Source of the DNA: Amphiscolops sp. MND2022
Taxonomy: Eukaryota
Assembly: GCA_964187785.1 (NCBI GenBank)
Contig: OZ076415.1
Location: 15,810,001-15,874,000, forward strand
Reading direction: 5' to 3'
DNA: 64,000 nucleotides
The notes under the pieces were generated by a model, which saw nothing but the letters and a program-made list of their open reading frames with translations, ran no database searches and had not been told where the DNA came from. Below, piece after piece: positions 33,065 through 48,406 of this stretch. Each line of letters opens with the position of its first letter. Positions within the stretch are counted from its first letter, which is position 1. The position numbers and the translations under genes are program-made.

Positions 33065-36000
33065 TGTTAGTGATCATCTCAAAAGAAAAATATTTCACGT
33101 GGCTTCATGTCAATCCTCCAGAAAGATTCAACTCCGAACTTCAGAACAAACTTTTCACACTTCTGGAAAAAGCAATTGAACATTTCCGTCAACTCGGACT
33201 TTTGAAAAACTTTCTTCGACGCAAATTATCATCAACTCAAACTCTTCTGTTGAATTACCTTTATTCCATCGATGCTTCCTTTACCTTAACACTGAAATCT
33301 AACTAAAGGAATCTTTTATATAAAATACTTTTCCCTTCAAAGAAATAGACTCCCAGATTGATCGGTACGGTCAATAAACACTAGATAACTGGTTTTGAAC
33401 ATTCCAAAATTCGACCCTCCAATCAATCTGGGTCACTTCAACTGAGCGTAACCGCAGAGATAAACGGATATTTATTACAATATCGAACCCGCAACTCTTT
33501 TTCATGGCGCACCAACTACGATTTGCCTTACCCACTGCCAATCAGCCTAGAATCTACGTTTGACGTAGATCTTCGAGCTTTGGATTCAGCCTTCTGCCGC
33601 CAAATGGGCCTCTCATTTTGCAATTTTCATACTTTTGAAACTATTTTACCTTGCCTTAGTTTCTGTTGAAAGTCAAAACATTCAAATTCAGGAATACTCA
33701 AGCTAGTAACGCCTCGAGACTTTGAAATTTGACCGGAGCAGCTTGTTGTTCATTGTTTAAGTAGCTTTTATCAAGCATACACCAGCTAATTGTTCAAGAA
33801 AATTTCTTCAAAGTACTTCACTATGCCTCCCAAATCTTCGATAGCTCGAAGAGATTTCCTCATTGCCAAATTGAAGCGTCACTTAGCTAAAATTGAAAAA
33901 GCAATCGATGACTCTAATACTCAATTTCAAATCGACAAAACAATTGATGACTTGGAGAAAATACGAAAAGATATTGAAATCTCGACGATATTTCTCGTTG
34001 ACCATCCAACAGAAAACATGACAGTAGACACTTTAATTACTGACTTCACAGCTTTGGAAGACAGCATCGACCATGTCTGTGACCGGTTCCAAGACATGTT
34101 CCGACGTTCGAAAAACGAAACCAATGAACAACAACAAACTCAATCAGTATCAATAACGACTGATGGCCCCAATGATGAGACAGCCCAAGAAATACCTATT
34201 GTTGACACTGAAGAACAAACTCCTGCGGTTGCCGTTGGAAGTTCTGCTCCTCTTCAATCAATTTCGCACCTGTCTCGCCCGAAAATCAAAATTGAGCCTT
34301 ATGATGGAAATCCTCTCAAATGGAACACTTGGTTTGGTCTTTTCAAAACCCTTATTCACGATCAACCAATTTCTAATGCCGAAAAAATGACACACTTGCA
34401 AACTTTAACAACTGGAACAGCGCAGCAGGCAATCTCTGGCTTCTCTTGCAACAGCTCGCTGTACAATGCGGCATTAGCAGTGCTTCAAAGACGTTTCGAT
34501 CGATCAGAAGTGATAATCAACAACTTTCTGCGTGAACTTCGGTCTTTCCCACAACCTTCGACGCACCAAAAAGATAGTTTCATGACTTTCTCCACGTTTG
34601 TTAACAACTTGGTTGAAACCTTCCAGTCACTTGGGTTTACACATGATCTGCACTCGACTATCTATGTACAGTTTGCTACCAAGAAACTGCCTCATTTCCA
34701 GCGAGTTCAATGGAATCAACACGCAGTTAGCAAGAACATAGCTCAACCCAATTTGATGGACTTCAATGCATGGTTACGTGAGTTTGCCATTGCTTGTGAG
34801 AACTTACCTGCCGGTTTTCATTCTGATAACTCTTGCAACAATACAAAAACAAAAGATGTTCGAACACAACAACCAACAAGGAAGCAAAACTTTTCCTGCC
34901 CCTTTGACAATAAGGAACATCACCCGGCGCATTGTGCACTATACAAGCAGTCCTCCGCGGAAGACAGAAAGAAAATGATAATGGACCATAAGCCATGTCT
35001 CAATTGCCTGGGACATCATATGGTAAAAGACTGCAACTCCAAGAACACGTGTCGCGATTGTAACAAAAAACATCACACCACAATCCATGGATGCTACTCA
35101 AGTACAGGTCAGCAAAACCAAGCTAACTCTTCTCGAACCTTCGAAAACGCTCAAAAACCGCAGCAAACTGTCAAATCAACTAATCAGCAATCTGCATCAC
35201 ACCCAGGGGAACCAACCAGTTCCTCACCCGTCCGAATTCGAAACTCTCTCCTGTTCACAATTCCAGTAACCCTACAACATCAGAATAAATTTGTTTCAAC
35301 ATACGCTTTCCTCGATTCTGGGAGTAGTTGTAGCTACATTTCGGAAGATCTTGCCAGCAATTTAGATGTTGTAAAGAAAACGCCTAGTGTGCAACTCCAT
35401 GTAGGCGGCTTCCATGGAACTAAAACATTAACTGTTGAACCCGTTTCTTTCATCCTTCACCCTTTCGGACAGAATGCTGAAAAGTTTCCAATTGATAATG
35501 CTTTCGTCCTTCCCAAAATTATTTTACACGATGCCGACCCTACTCAACTCAACAGTATTTGCCAATCCTATAGTCATCTGAAGGAAATCAGTTTTCCTGA
35601 TTTTTCTGACAACCAAATCGGTCGATACTTGGTCAAGACAATTTTGATCTAATTACAGCTAAAGCTGTTTTCAAAGGACCTGATAACGCACCTCGTGCAG
35701 TTTTGGCCGACATCGGTTGGACAATTGGAGGTCCAAATGACACTAGTTTCGAACTCTTATCTTTCCAAGCCCCCGTTTATCAATCAGACCAACAAGATAA
35801 AGACCTGTATGATCTTATAGCAACTTTCTGGAGAATGGACATTTATGGAACTTCACCTGAAGTCACTATGTCTCATGACGAAAAGCATGCACTTCAAACA
35901 CTGAAAGCAACAACTCGTTATGTCGATGGGCGCTACGAGGTTGGATTGCTTTGGGAGCAAAAAGCGGAACTGCCGAATAATTTCAACTCAGCCATTCTGC

Positions 36001-39000
36001 AATTCAAAAGAATGCAAAAACGTTTAAACTCACAACCAGAAGTGAAGCAGCTTTTTGCAGACACTATCAGCAAAGATTTAGCAAGCGGCTATATACGGAA
36101 GCTAAGTCACGAAGAAATTCCATCTACTGGGTGGTTACTCCCAGAACACGGGGTGATGCATCCGCATAAACCTGGTAAACTGCGCCGCGTGTTCAACGCA
36201 AGATCCAAATATCGCGGTGTGTGTTTGAATGATATGCTTCTCCCGGGTCCGGATCTTCTGGCTAACTTGTTAGGAGTGCTTATCAGATTCCGCGAGCGGA
36301 AGTATCCACTAACTGCAGATATCGAAGCGATGTTCATGCAAGTCTCTGTACTACCTGCTGATCGAAAGTTTCTGCGATTTCTCTGGGGAACTGTAGATGC
36401 TCAGTTTTATGAGTATCTCAGGTTCATCTTTGGAACTGCTTGCTCTCCAACCTGCGCGAACTTTGCACTCCAAAAATGTGCTGATGACAATGTAGATGAC
36501 TTCCCAGATACCGCTGCCATCATCAAACAGAACTTCTACATGATGACCTCTTCGTCTCAACTGACACGGTTGATGAAGCTATCTCTCTATTTCAAACTCT
36601 TCGATGTGTTCTGCTGAAAGGTGGTTTCAATTTGACTAAATGGACAACCACGTCCCAAGATGTACTTTTCGCAATTCCCGAGACCCACCGCGGAATTTCC
36701 CACGTTGACATACAGTCGAAGACGGTGCAACAGCGTGTTCTAGGTGTGATATGGGACTTGTCTAGTGACCAACTTCAATTCGATCCTCTCAAACTCAAAG
36801 ATTTGACGACTATCAAATTGACACAGAGAAACCTCTTACATACAATTTCTTCAATCTTTGATCCTCTGGGTATCGCTGCACCTATAACAATTCGTCTCCG
36901 AATCATTCAGCAGTTGCTCTGGCGAAAAGGTGTCAAATGGGATGACATTTTAACCTCAGACATCCTTCCTGAACTTTTTGATCTAATCTCTGAAATACCA
37001 TCATTCTCCAAAACAATCGCCATTCCACGACATGCGTTCCTGGGTCAAGCTAGTGAGATAACACTCCACATCTTCTGTGACGCTTCCTATTCAGCAATTG
37101 CCGCAGTAGCATACTTTGTTTACTGCTCTTCTGCTTCTCAGTTTCCAAAACCTTCTTTTATTTTAGGAAAAGCACGCGTCGCCCCGCTAAAACAGCACAC
37201 AATTACCAAACTTGAACTCCAAGCTGCTCTTATTGGATCTCGACTGTGTAAGTTCATCAAAAAAGAGCAAAAACTTTTTATTGCGGACACTGTGTTGTAG
37301 ACGGACAGTACCACCGTGTTGCAATGGATTTGCGGCTCCGAAAAAGGGCAGCAAATCTTTGTTGCTAACCGTGTTGCCGAAATTTTAGACAACACTCACG
37401 TTCGCCAATGGCGGCATTGCCCTGGAGAACTGAACCCGGCAGACGACGGAACCAGAGGTTTGCCGCTGAAGGACTTCTCATCTGACTGCAGATGGTTCTC
37501 TGACCCACAATTCCTTCAGCAACCAGAACATCGATGGCCTGTTGATCACAGTTTTAGTGGAATTGAAGAAGTTACAATGCAAAGCGCTCACAGCTGTTCT
37601 CCACTAGAACCAATCCTTGACTTCGAAACTTTCTCAGATTGGACTAAGCTAGTTCGCGTCACTGCAACAGTCCTTCGTGCAGTTCGAATTTTCAAATCCT
37701 TTCGTGCAAGTGTTGATCACGATGAGACAGTAATTGATTCGAGCAACTCAGGCACCTCACATGTCATCAAGCAGCATGTCTGGCTGGACTCCAGCGCTAA
37801 CAGTATGCTGCAAGGCTCAAGTCAGCCTGACATTGCTCAAGGTTGCGTTCAGCCTCAGGACATTTCAAACGCAAAACTGTACCTCTTACGTCAGTCCCAA
37901 AGAGACTCTTTTCATCACGAGATGCTAGCTCTAACCAGCAAACGGACAGTTGAAAAAAGTAGTCGCTTAACACAATTGAGTCCTTTCTTTTCGGCCGATG
38001 ATTTCATTCGAGCAGGAGGCCGACTCCAGAAATCGGAATTCGATTATTGCCAGAAACATCCCATTATCTTGGATGGCAAACATCCTGTGGTTAAAATGTT
38101 AATACGCCATATACACGTTGCCAATAGTCATTCCCCTCTACAGCACACAAAAAACATGCTCCAGAACGAGTTTTGGATTCTGTCGATAACAAATGAGATT
38201 CGTAAGATGCTCAAACGTTGTCGCGAATGTTGTCGACAACACGCGGCTGCGGAGTTCCCACAGATGTCACCACTTCCCGAATTCCGCTTTCCGATTGAAA
38301 AACCTTTCCCTTTCCAACAAACTGGTTTGAACATGTTTGGACCCTTCGCCTCTAAATCTTCGTCTACCTATAACAAACGATACGCTCTAATACTTACTTG
38401 TCTGACTACAAGAGCGGTTCATTTGGAAATGTGTGTCAATCTCTGATGCGATGCAACTATGAACGCCCTCCAACGTTTCTTTTTCTCGGCGCGGTTATCC
38501 AGCGCAACTAGTGTCTGATAGAGGAACAAACTTCACTGCTGCCGAGAAGGAATTACAAAAAATTTTCGACTCGACTCAAGTACATGACTTTCTCACCAAT
38601 TTCGAAATACAATGACATTTCAATCCTGCTCAAGCTCCTCATTTCGGAGGTGTGTGGGAACGTTTAATTCGATCCTGCAAGGATGCGTTTTACTCCATCC
38701 TTGGATGTCAAACCCTGACTGACGACACATTTACAACACTACTTTGCGAAGTAGAAAATTTCTTGAACTGCCGTCCACTGACTAGTGTTTCCACAGATGT
38801 TCGTGACATTGAAGCGCTTACTCCTAATCATTTTCTCTTGGGGAGAGCTCATGGCAAAATTCCTTTGACCTTTTACCATGACAAAAGCACGCCTTTGACT
38901 CGACAATGGAAATTTGCCCAACAAATGGCGGACCACGTATGGAAGCGACTGCTGAAAAAATATTACCCAACTTTATTACCTAGAAAGAAATGGACAGCCA

Positions 39001-39721
39001 AAACCATGGATTTGAAACCTGGTACACTAGTTTGGATTTTAAAAGAATTCACTCCAAGAGGTTTATGGCCCTTGGGTCGTGTCATTAAGGCACTATCTCG
39101 AGATTCAACACAATTCAAGAGATATCTAATCAAAACTCAACTGGGTGAAAAGGAATATCCAGCTGTACAACTTGCACCTTTAAACTTCGTTGATCAAGAT
39201 GGAACTGAAAGATGAGTTTTATTTCATATTTTTTCGATCTACACTTTGGAAGTTTATTTTGCGTTGCAAAATGAGTTCGGCTGTTAGTGATCATCTCAAA
39301 AGAAAAATATTTCACGTGGCTTCATGTCAATCCTCCAGAAAGATTCAACTCCGAACTTCCGAACAAACTTTTCACACTTCCGGAAAAAGCAATTGAACAT
39401 TTCCGTCAACTCGGACTTTTGAAAAACTTTCTTCCACGCAAATTATCATCAAATCAAACTCTTCTGTTGAATTACCTTTATTCAATCGATGCTTCCTTTA
39501 CCTTAACACTGAAATCTAACTAAAGGAATCTTTTATATAAAATACTTTTCCCTTCAAAGAAATAGACTCCCAGATTGATCGGTACGGTCAATAAACACTA
39601 GATAACTGGTTTTGAACATTCCAAAATTCGACCCTCCAATCAATCTGGGTCACTTCAACTGAGCGTAACCGCAGAGATAAACGGATATTTATTACAATAT
39701 CGAACCCGCAACTCTTTTTCA
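33065..39721 (+). mobile_element. BEL/Pao LTR retrotransposon, full length but disrupted
   Basis: 440-bp LTRs TGTTAG...TTTTCA at 33065-33504 and 39282-39721 (5 differences seen). TSD GTCTA on both sides. PBS-like TGGCGCACCAAC at 33505. Confidence 0.96.
33823..39215 (+). pseudogene. BEL/Pao gag-pol polyprotein, several frameshifts and stops
   Basis: Gag core (YDGNPLKWNTW), three Cys/His knuckles, FLDSGS protease, KLRRVFNA/ADIEAMF RT, IFCDAS/ELQAA RNase H, HPIIL and WERLIRSCK integrase. Confidence 0.93.
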
Positions 39722-42700
39722 GTCTAAGTTTGGCGTAGTCACTTCGGAGTGGGGAGAGTTTTGATTGTCGGATTTAGACAGCTCATATAATTCTGACTCG
39801 ATGGCTGCGGCTTCCATCCGAGAGATAGCAGCGATAAGCTCATCTTGTAAGGGAGTAATGCAAAGAGCTAGGGCAGGGGAGCTTTCTACTGGAGTGTCAT
39901 CGTGGAGCGCCTCCTTTGTCATCCTCACGTTGGAAACTACCTGAGCTGGAGGAAAGCCAGCTTGCATCAGCCCAGGGCTCGTGATAAAGAACTGCCACTG
40001 GCAGTAGCATCCATCTCATTGGTTGTTTCAATTGGTGGAGCTCGCTTGTCGTAGGCGGCGCAGGCTGTCAGCAAAGTGCTTCTGGCGGTACCGTATAAAC
40101 GTCTCTCAGAATGTTTACATAACGACAGAATAGATTTGGCACAGGGGATTCGCTCGCACTTTACGTCTGCCTGTCAGGTTCAAGAGTTGTTCTATAATAG
40201 GGTTGTTAGGCATTCTTTTTTCACGGGAAGTTCTTCGTAAGGTAATATTCGGGCAACAAAGAGGGTCGAAGTTTTCAGCTTCATTACGATACATGAGCCG
40301 CATTGTTCATACAAGATCTTGCTAGTTCGATATATAGCCAATAACAACGCGTTATCAACATAATGCATTTTAAAGTTTAACGGTAAAAAGCGTGCAAACC
40401 TAACGGTAAAGTGTCGAATAAAAATTACGCGTTGAAGTGAACACCGAACCGTTTACAAAGTGTTTTGAATGTAAACAAGTTAAACAATCTAATCGTAGTG
40501 TAAATCAATCAAGTTAAACAGCGTAAAACAGTGTAAAACAATCAAAATATAGTGTAAATAATCACGTTAAATAGCATAAAACAGTGAAAGTTGTTACAGA
40601 ATGAATTCCAATTTGAAGCGTCAGCACGAAATTGTCAAACATTAATGAATTGGGTTAATTTTGACTAATATCCACTTTTTGGAGAGATTATTTCTAATCC
40701 GCCGAAAAGTGAATTCTAGTTAAAGTTTGACTGATTTACACTTGACGCTACTTCTTGACTGGAATACTCATTTTACGAATTACACTTAATGACTGAAATT
40801 CGTAAATCTGCAATACATTGCTTGACTGATATACGCAATAAAACAGCTGATACGCGTTACACTTCTTGACTAAAATACGGTTCAAGAGTATTTTACATCG
40901 AAAACGTTACCCCCTTTCGGCTCATGTATCGTAATGTTCTGATGTGGGACATGCCGGCAGCTAAAAGTTTCAAGGAAGGCTGCTATGTTGGTGTGGGGAA
41001 ACAATTTGGGACTCTCAGCTCATGTTCAGGCTTTAAGGGCTGGGAGTGGGGAACCACCAGCGTTCAAACCTCTACACTCAGCACAATATAACTGGTGTGA
41101 CGGACAGGTAGCTCGAACAAAACTTCGTCTTCTGTTGATTGAAGAGTGTTTCTAAAGTTTTTGTGCTTTCTTGTTTTTGTTTCTAAAGAACAAATCACCA
41201 AATCAAGCGTTTCAACGAAGACTAACACGGGTGTACAAACTTCACACCATGTACTACTCGAGCTGAATCCTGGTAATTGACTGTCGATCGAGCTAAAATT
41301 GGTAGTACGTGAAATGCTCGAAACTGTGGTTGGAAAATGTAGGTATGTAATGAAATCCACACGTTTTTGTCAAACTCGCCTCTTAGGCGTCATAGTTACC
41401 TGAAGTTTAGTATGCGAGTCTGAAATGTGCTCACGTATTAGAAAAACAAGTTAGCGGGTTGCCCGCGCCGATATACGATGATTCGGAGTGACACTATAAC
41501 GATATATCGTCGAGACCCTGTTTTGTATAATTTCACAAAAGATCGATTTCTTGACCTTGAGCCTTACCTCGGTGCTTGAAATGCACAAATCGTCGCAATT
41601 TTAAACTGGATGTACGAAAATGCCAAACTTTTAGTACTGGAATATCCAGGAGATATTGCACTGTGCTCAACTATCAATTCGTTTCTTTTTGCCACATTCA
41701 CTTGATTTTGAAGCAAAACAACGGCTAAGTTTTGTCAGGTACTAGTAAAGTTTACGCAACAAAATCTACGTCCCTATTGTGACTTCTTCCTTTCTGCGCG
41801 ATGCAGCAATCCGTTTCGAGCTGCTTCTCTTAGGAGAGACTTTGACTGTCTTACAAGCACTACTGTTGAAGTCCCAGGATGTCGCTGAAACAGAACGTTT
41901 TCGTGAATTCTCGGCAACCTCTGGTCCGTCTTACTCGCAGTTTTTTGCGTTAGCAACATTACACTGTGTAGGCAACCAAAACGGGTTCCATTTAAGGTCC
42001 TTCAAATGTTTTCACACTCTCTATTACACTTTCGGATCATCATACATAACACGTATTTTCACCAAGAAACTATCGCTTTCAGTTGTTGAACGTTACGGGC
42101 TGTGTTACAATTTGTTTCTGGGAACTGGGATTGCCACAACTAATACTTTGACTTTAGAGACTGAGGTATATGGCGTCCTCTACTCAGGTCTATGTATATG
42201 AAGAGAAAACAGGTCGTAAATTTTTCAGTCGAGAAACTTTTTGGCATGGTATTTTTTCTGTTCCTGGCCTAACAAGGTCTAGTGGAATGTTTCTATTGCT
42301 TTCCCACTGGCTGTCCCTTCTTCTGAAAAACTCGGTTTTCAAGAGTAATAAAATTGATAATCAGTATAAATAATGTGTTATAGGGTGATATTGCCTACTT
42401 GTAAACACGTCCAAAGCAGCGGAGGTTTTTATCAAACGTCCTGACAGTTCGAATACAAACAATATTAGCTGTTCAGGGCCCTTTCAAACGAAATGTGGTC
42501 AAGCGGTATGATCATTTCCAACAGATGATATACCTTCCATTATGGTTTTTTGCTATCAAATGTTGATTTCTCGACTCAGACTACGGAAGCACGCAAAAAA
42601 TGCTGGTGTTCTGCTTGATGGAAACCTGATAGGCGCACGAAAAACAATGAAGACATTCTAGAACACTCCTATACGTCTCACCTACCTCTTCACTTTACAG

Positions 42701-44195
42701 GGCTGGAGAGCTTGAAAAACCCCAAGCTTGATGCAAATAAAGAAATTCATCCTTCTGTGGTTGCCAAAAAACTATTCTAGATTTAACTTCAAGCTAGAGG
42801 CGTACATGCTACAGCTAGGATAATGCCTAGGTTGCTTTGACAGGAGAAGAGACGATGACTACAACTCTAGACATCAGTATTGGTGCCAAAAGTGATCTCC
42901 AAGAGACATTTCTAACGTCGATGAGAATCTCTTTTAGAGTACCGAGGTGTCGTGCGGGCACTCTTAAATTCCGGACACGTCCCGCGAACACATAAAACGA
43001 ACCCTTAGGTTTCTGCGACTTCCTACATGGGAAGGATGTTCCTAATTCCCGATGTCCAAAAAAGCAAATATACCATACACTGTGTTTCATGGGTGATAAA
43101 TATTGGAGATAAAGCTGATCACACATCATTAAATACATGTGAAATACAATAAAACGACAATACCAAATCGAGATTGCATCTATGACGGTCTTAACGAGTT
43201 TTCGATTTCCCGTACGGTGTGTATGAATGTTCCATTCCTCTCCGGTCTTCCCTAATTATGGTCATTTTCTGCTGGGTTTAAGATGGTACACACATCGTTG
43301 TATCTCCCTTTCAGAGAAGGTAACTATCTTTTTTCGGTGACGTCTAGGCGTTCTCACCCTCTTTTTTTTCTGTCTGGTGTGTCCTCTTTTTTTGCTTGTG
43401 CAGCGTTTTCTGAACTGATTAGGGGTACCTGCCAGGTCGGCAATGTCACAAATCGAAATTTTCAAAAATTTTAAACAGGTACGAACAAATTGGTGGACTT
43501 TACATATTTTTCTTTTTTTTGTGTGTGTTAAGATCATCTCGATTTGACAAAGAGACACCGTTTGCAAGAGTTGTCAATTTTGTAACTACGATTGCAGTTT
43601 GAACTTACGGATTACTTGACCTTGAATCCAGCCACTTTTGTTACGTCACAAGAACTTTTGCGACTCGATTTTGTTGTTGAATTCGCTATCCTTTCCCCAA
43701 GCGGTGTCTCAATTTTTGGGTGACTTAATCGGCAGCACAACGACCGCTTGACAATTTAAAAAAGGAATCTGGAGACTGCAATTCGGAACTTTGATGCGCT
43801 TTAGAGGTTATATTAAACAATGAAAATGAAACTTTAAATGACACTCTATTTCCTACTTAAAGTAGTAACAGGAAAAAACACATCTCTATTTCAAGTGCCA
43901 GTGTGTACAAGATAAGCCATACCAATTGGAATCAAAATTCAGAACGTTAAGATTACGTATCATGTAAAGTGGTAAACACTGGAAGCTTTTGTTCCATAGT
44001 CTGGTCGGCCTTTTTCATCTTCGTCTCTGTGGAGAGATTTACTGATTGGGCTGATTCTCCATTTTTAGTCGGCGCTTCATGAAGTGAAACGCGACTATTA
44101 TAGTGACTTTTTTTCTGTCCACACGAACTAACCAAAATATTTCTTAAAAGTTCTACAAAATATTATTGCACTAAATTGCACCATTTGTCCTAGCT

Positions 44196-44655
44196 AACTG
44201 AACCAAAAAAGTTTTTCCTGTTTTTCCGCGTAACATACCATACCGGGCGAGACCAAAGGGTCCCCCCTTTCAATTTTTTCGACACTGCGAGACTTTTTTT
44301 CGAAAATTTTTTCCCCAAAGGGCACCCTGCATTTTTTTGCTGTTTTGCGTCAGAATGGATGTTGAAAAATCCCAAAGGTCCCCCCTTTCAGTTTTTCAGC
44401 ATTGTGAGACTTTTTTTCGAATATTTGTTTTTTATCCAAAGGGTCCCCCTTTCAACTGCGACAAAAATGTTGACAATTTCGGAAGTGTCCCCCTTTTTGC
44501 GCGACAGGGGCTCGCGCTAGCGGGCCCCTTCGCGCCACTCGGTCCATTTTTTTTTGCTTTTTCGATTTTCGTGTACTGTAAATTGACACTTGGAAGTCCT
44601 TTTGCTATTTTTGAGCCTTGGATATGGCGCCGACTTGGGCCGGTCTCGGCTTGTT
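44196..44655. repeat. Non-autonomous repeat with internal ~60-bp tandem units and a GC-rich terminus (Helitron/Helentron-like, unconfirmed)
   Basis: CCAAAGG(G)TCCCCC(C)TTTCA recurs at about 44254, 44371 and 44437, with a variant at 44314. Ends GGCGCCGACTTGGGCCGGTCTCGGCTTGTT. Confidence 0.45.
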
Positions 44656-47062
44656 CATTGTTTCTTGTGAGTTTGCTTATATAACAATTTGCTCGGTAGG
44701 GTGTTCCACAATGACAACGCTCTTTTGAAATAGGATATTCAGATCTAGTTGTCACATCTGAGCACTTCCTTCAACGCAAGCTACGATACTCTGTGAGTTT
44801 GAATAGAAAGTATAAGTTAAAAAAATCAGTTTTTATGCATCTATCACACAATTTTAAATCCTAAACATTTTGGCAAAGTGTATATGACCCAATAAAATTT
44901 GAGAAAGGCCGCTAAGATCGAGCACAATTTTTGTAATGACCTTAGGTTTCTCAAATGGCTATGACTGTAAAGTGTTTCTCGAAAATATGTCTTTTCTGAT
45001 GACACGAACTGGAACAGCTCAAATCATGCTCAAGCAGTTTCCGATCGAAAATGTTACATGTTCGTTGCTTTCTACAGAGAAAGTACGAATGTCATATTAA
45101 TGGTACCTCTGCTAACTCTACACAGGTATTAATGTATCCCAAAGAGTTCAATTAAAGCAGTTTTTTTTCCGGTTTCTTCTTTTTTTTTCGCCCTGTAACT
45201 TGCATAACTTCTCGAAAGTCATTACATGGTTTTAGCTTTTTTGTAAAAATAATGAATTTTCATGCAGAGATTTTGATCAATTGATATGCCTTACAAGCAA
45301 TGTCCTACAGGATACATTTAAAGTTCATCCAGAAACAGTAAAAACTAGTTTCAAGAAACTCGAGAGAAATAATTTTTAAAAACATTCCATACCACTTGAT
45401 TGCTGGGTTCGAGTGTGTCTTATTTTTGTCAATTATCCACCCAATTATCCACACCTGTTTTTTTAAAAAAAATCTGTTCACTGGGTTCAATGTTCAATAG
45501 TTTTGTGACCATGTTAATCATATGCTTCTCTACAGCTTTTATTCCCATCGCGCTAGGTAAATGATTTCCAGTTGAGTTATCAATGATATTTCAAAATCCC
45601 CTGTATAAGGACTGCATTTTTAGAATTATTACGATTTGAGAATCGTCCAGCTAAACAAACCTTCAACAGTCGAAAAAGATATCCAAATCAAAAGCCAGGA
45701 ATAAAATTTGTGCCAAATTTTTTGCCGGCTGGCACTTTTGTTTTGAAGTACTTCCATGTTATTCCAAGCGTGGACTGCAGGTGACACTTTACTGCACGTG
45801 ATGGAAACATAGTGTCTACACATTGCACATATTCGAAATTTCATTCGCCTCCACAGTTATTATACAATTTCAATACATTATATTTTTACTCTCGCTATAG
45901 AGGTTTGTGAATTATACATTTGTGATAAACTTTATTCGAACGCAAATTTTTTGAAAAACGATGTGTCAATTGATATTGTTTTTGGTGTAAAATCAATTTT
46001 GTTGATAGCCTAGTGTATCAAAACTTTGCTATTGTTGCTAGCGTGGTGGCTTCTTTATTAGTTTCATTATCTAGCTCGGCCCGGAACAAAAACTTGATTA
46101 CTAATCATATACCTTTTTATGTTGTGAAAACGTAGAAGGACCTGTTTGGATGCGCTCTAGAACTTAAGTCCGACGCTCAGACCTTTGTAAAAGATTTTTT
46201 ATTTAACTTGAATGGTGCCTTCGCTTGAAAAAAATGAGAAGAAACCGAACCCAAACCACGTTAACATGCACCTCAAATTTGAAGAACGAATATCTCGCAA
46301 ATGCAATGTTCAAGACTAACAGATAAAACCAAAACTGACAAAGAAACGAAATATAGTTTTAAAACAGCTTTGGTGAGTTCTCATTGCAGAAACCCTTTGA
46401 TGATATTAATGTCCGTGTTTTCGAAATGAGCATAAATTCAAACCAATTTCAAGGTACCAAACAAAGATCTTCCGGACAAGAAGACCAGTTACAAACGTTT
46501 TCAAACAAAATGATTTTGGTGAAATTTCGAAATAATACTTCTGCGTGTAATCAACTCATGTTTCAGCCACCGTTTTTATTGTTTTTGTTGCTCTGGTTGT
46601 TTGCAACTCTGAAGACCAGCAAATGGGGAAGATACGAAGCGAAAGGTTTTTATAAAAAAATGAAATAATTTCAGCATTCAACTTAAAACAAAAACATAAA
46701 TTTAGAAAACAAATCAAATCGAAAGTCGGATACAGAAACAAAAATATTCAATTTGCTTCCCCCAATGGAGGGAATGGTTGTACTGTTGATAAACAAATAA
46801 AATATCATTGAGCAAACTTTTGTTCACTGTAAAAGCGACCCATTTCAAAAAATTTCTAAAAAGCGACCCATTTCTAAAAATCCAGTAAAATTTATTCCAA
46901 ATCTCTGAAAGTTTCTTCTTAGCGTACAAAACTATTGTCCTGGGTATAATTATACCCTTGAAATTTCAAAATCGACACAATTGGTTCTCTTTTCTGTTCG
47001 AAGACCCAGCGGAATATGTCCAAATTATTTTTGGGCCTGTTTAATTGTTTTTTGATACGTGC

Positions 47063-47615
47063 CCGGGTTGGAAACCAATCACAGTCCACCGGTGGTCACC
47101 GAAAGTTCCATCGGTGGTCACCGGTGGAAGTTGATAAATACAACACTGGCCACCGATGGCTCCACTGGTAATAAATCAGCATTAATCCACAGTTGGTATC
47201 TATCCAGTGTAATTTTGGGACTTATTCCATCAAAATACAGTAATTTTAGATCTTATTCTTTCAGAAAAATGATTATAGGGCTTTTCCACCATATTGATTT
47301 TAGGTCTGATTCCATGAATCTACAGTGTTTTTGAATCTTATTCCTGAAAATACATGGTTTTAGATCTCGTTCCGTCAAAAAAAGTTTTTAGATAATCTAT
47401 CAGGAAAACATTCGTAGCCCTATTTCACCAAAAAACATTGATTTCACATCATACTCTATCCAAAAAACGATATTGAGCCTTATTCTACGAGAGCAGCTGC
47501 CTAGAAAGTCCCGGTGGTCACCGGTGGTAACTAAATTGGCAGCCCTAAAACGTCTCCACTGGTGGTCACCGGTGGTCCACTGGTGGCCACCGATGGTTTG
47601 CGGTGGGGTACCAGT
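47063..47615. mobile_element. MITE-like element with CCACCGGTGG/GGTCACC motif clusters at both ends
   Basis: Motif clusters at 47085-47165 and 47510-47600 around an AT-rich core. TACGTGC occurs on both flanks. TIRs are weak. Confidence 0.4.
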
Positions 47616-48406
47616 ACGTGCGACATCTTCCTATGTTAGACCTAAACGACTGAAGAACACCAGTTGACACACGTTGACACTACGTTGGATTAGTAGCTGG
47701 GCTCTTCTAAAAAGCTCCCTTGTGCACTAATCAAAAAGAAGTTTTATAAAAAATGAAGTAATTCATAGTGATTGAAATTTGGATCACAAGTAAACTAAAA
47801 AGGCTGTATTGTTAGGTAAAATATGAAGCTAACTTTAATCACTCAAACCTGCATGAAATTCTTCGCATTTCCAGTCAAAACACTGTACTGTTCAAAGAAA
47901 CACGGTAACAAACGTCGCCTAAATACGTTCGTAACCATTACATGAAATTGCCTGGCTAGATATCCATTTTCCACTCTCATGTTCAACATAAATTAGTGAC
48001 GCAAGGTTAACGCTGACTAAAAGCAATACTTTATTTCGCAATCGAATGTGGTTTTGATGTTCCTATTGATACGGAGGATGTTGATGTACATGTTTGGTTG
48101 ACCGTGAAATCTTCGTTGTGTTATTATTCAGATATTCTTTGATCAAAACGCACTTGAAGTCTGGTGCTAAGTCAGTTTCTCCTGTTTGAAAAATTTCTGA
48201 CACTATAGTTGGATCTTGGAAAACTAAACGTTTTTCAATGACGTTGAACTCGCTGTGAATGTGAATTATTGTTAGTTGATTGCTGTACCTTGCTAGAAAA
48301 CTAGAAAGTTGTCGGAGGTGAGACCTTTGTTGTGTTGATGTTTAAAAATATCCCCAATTAGGGGATTGGTTTGTTATATTGTGATGACCTTTTAATCATA
48401 TAGTAA

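Noticed and set aside
41060-43600. Short ORFs suggesting a decayed DNA virus/Polinton or other TE
   Set aside because: No recognisable motif survives by eye; a TBLASTX or HMM search is needed.
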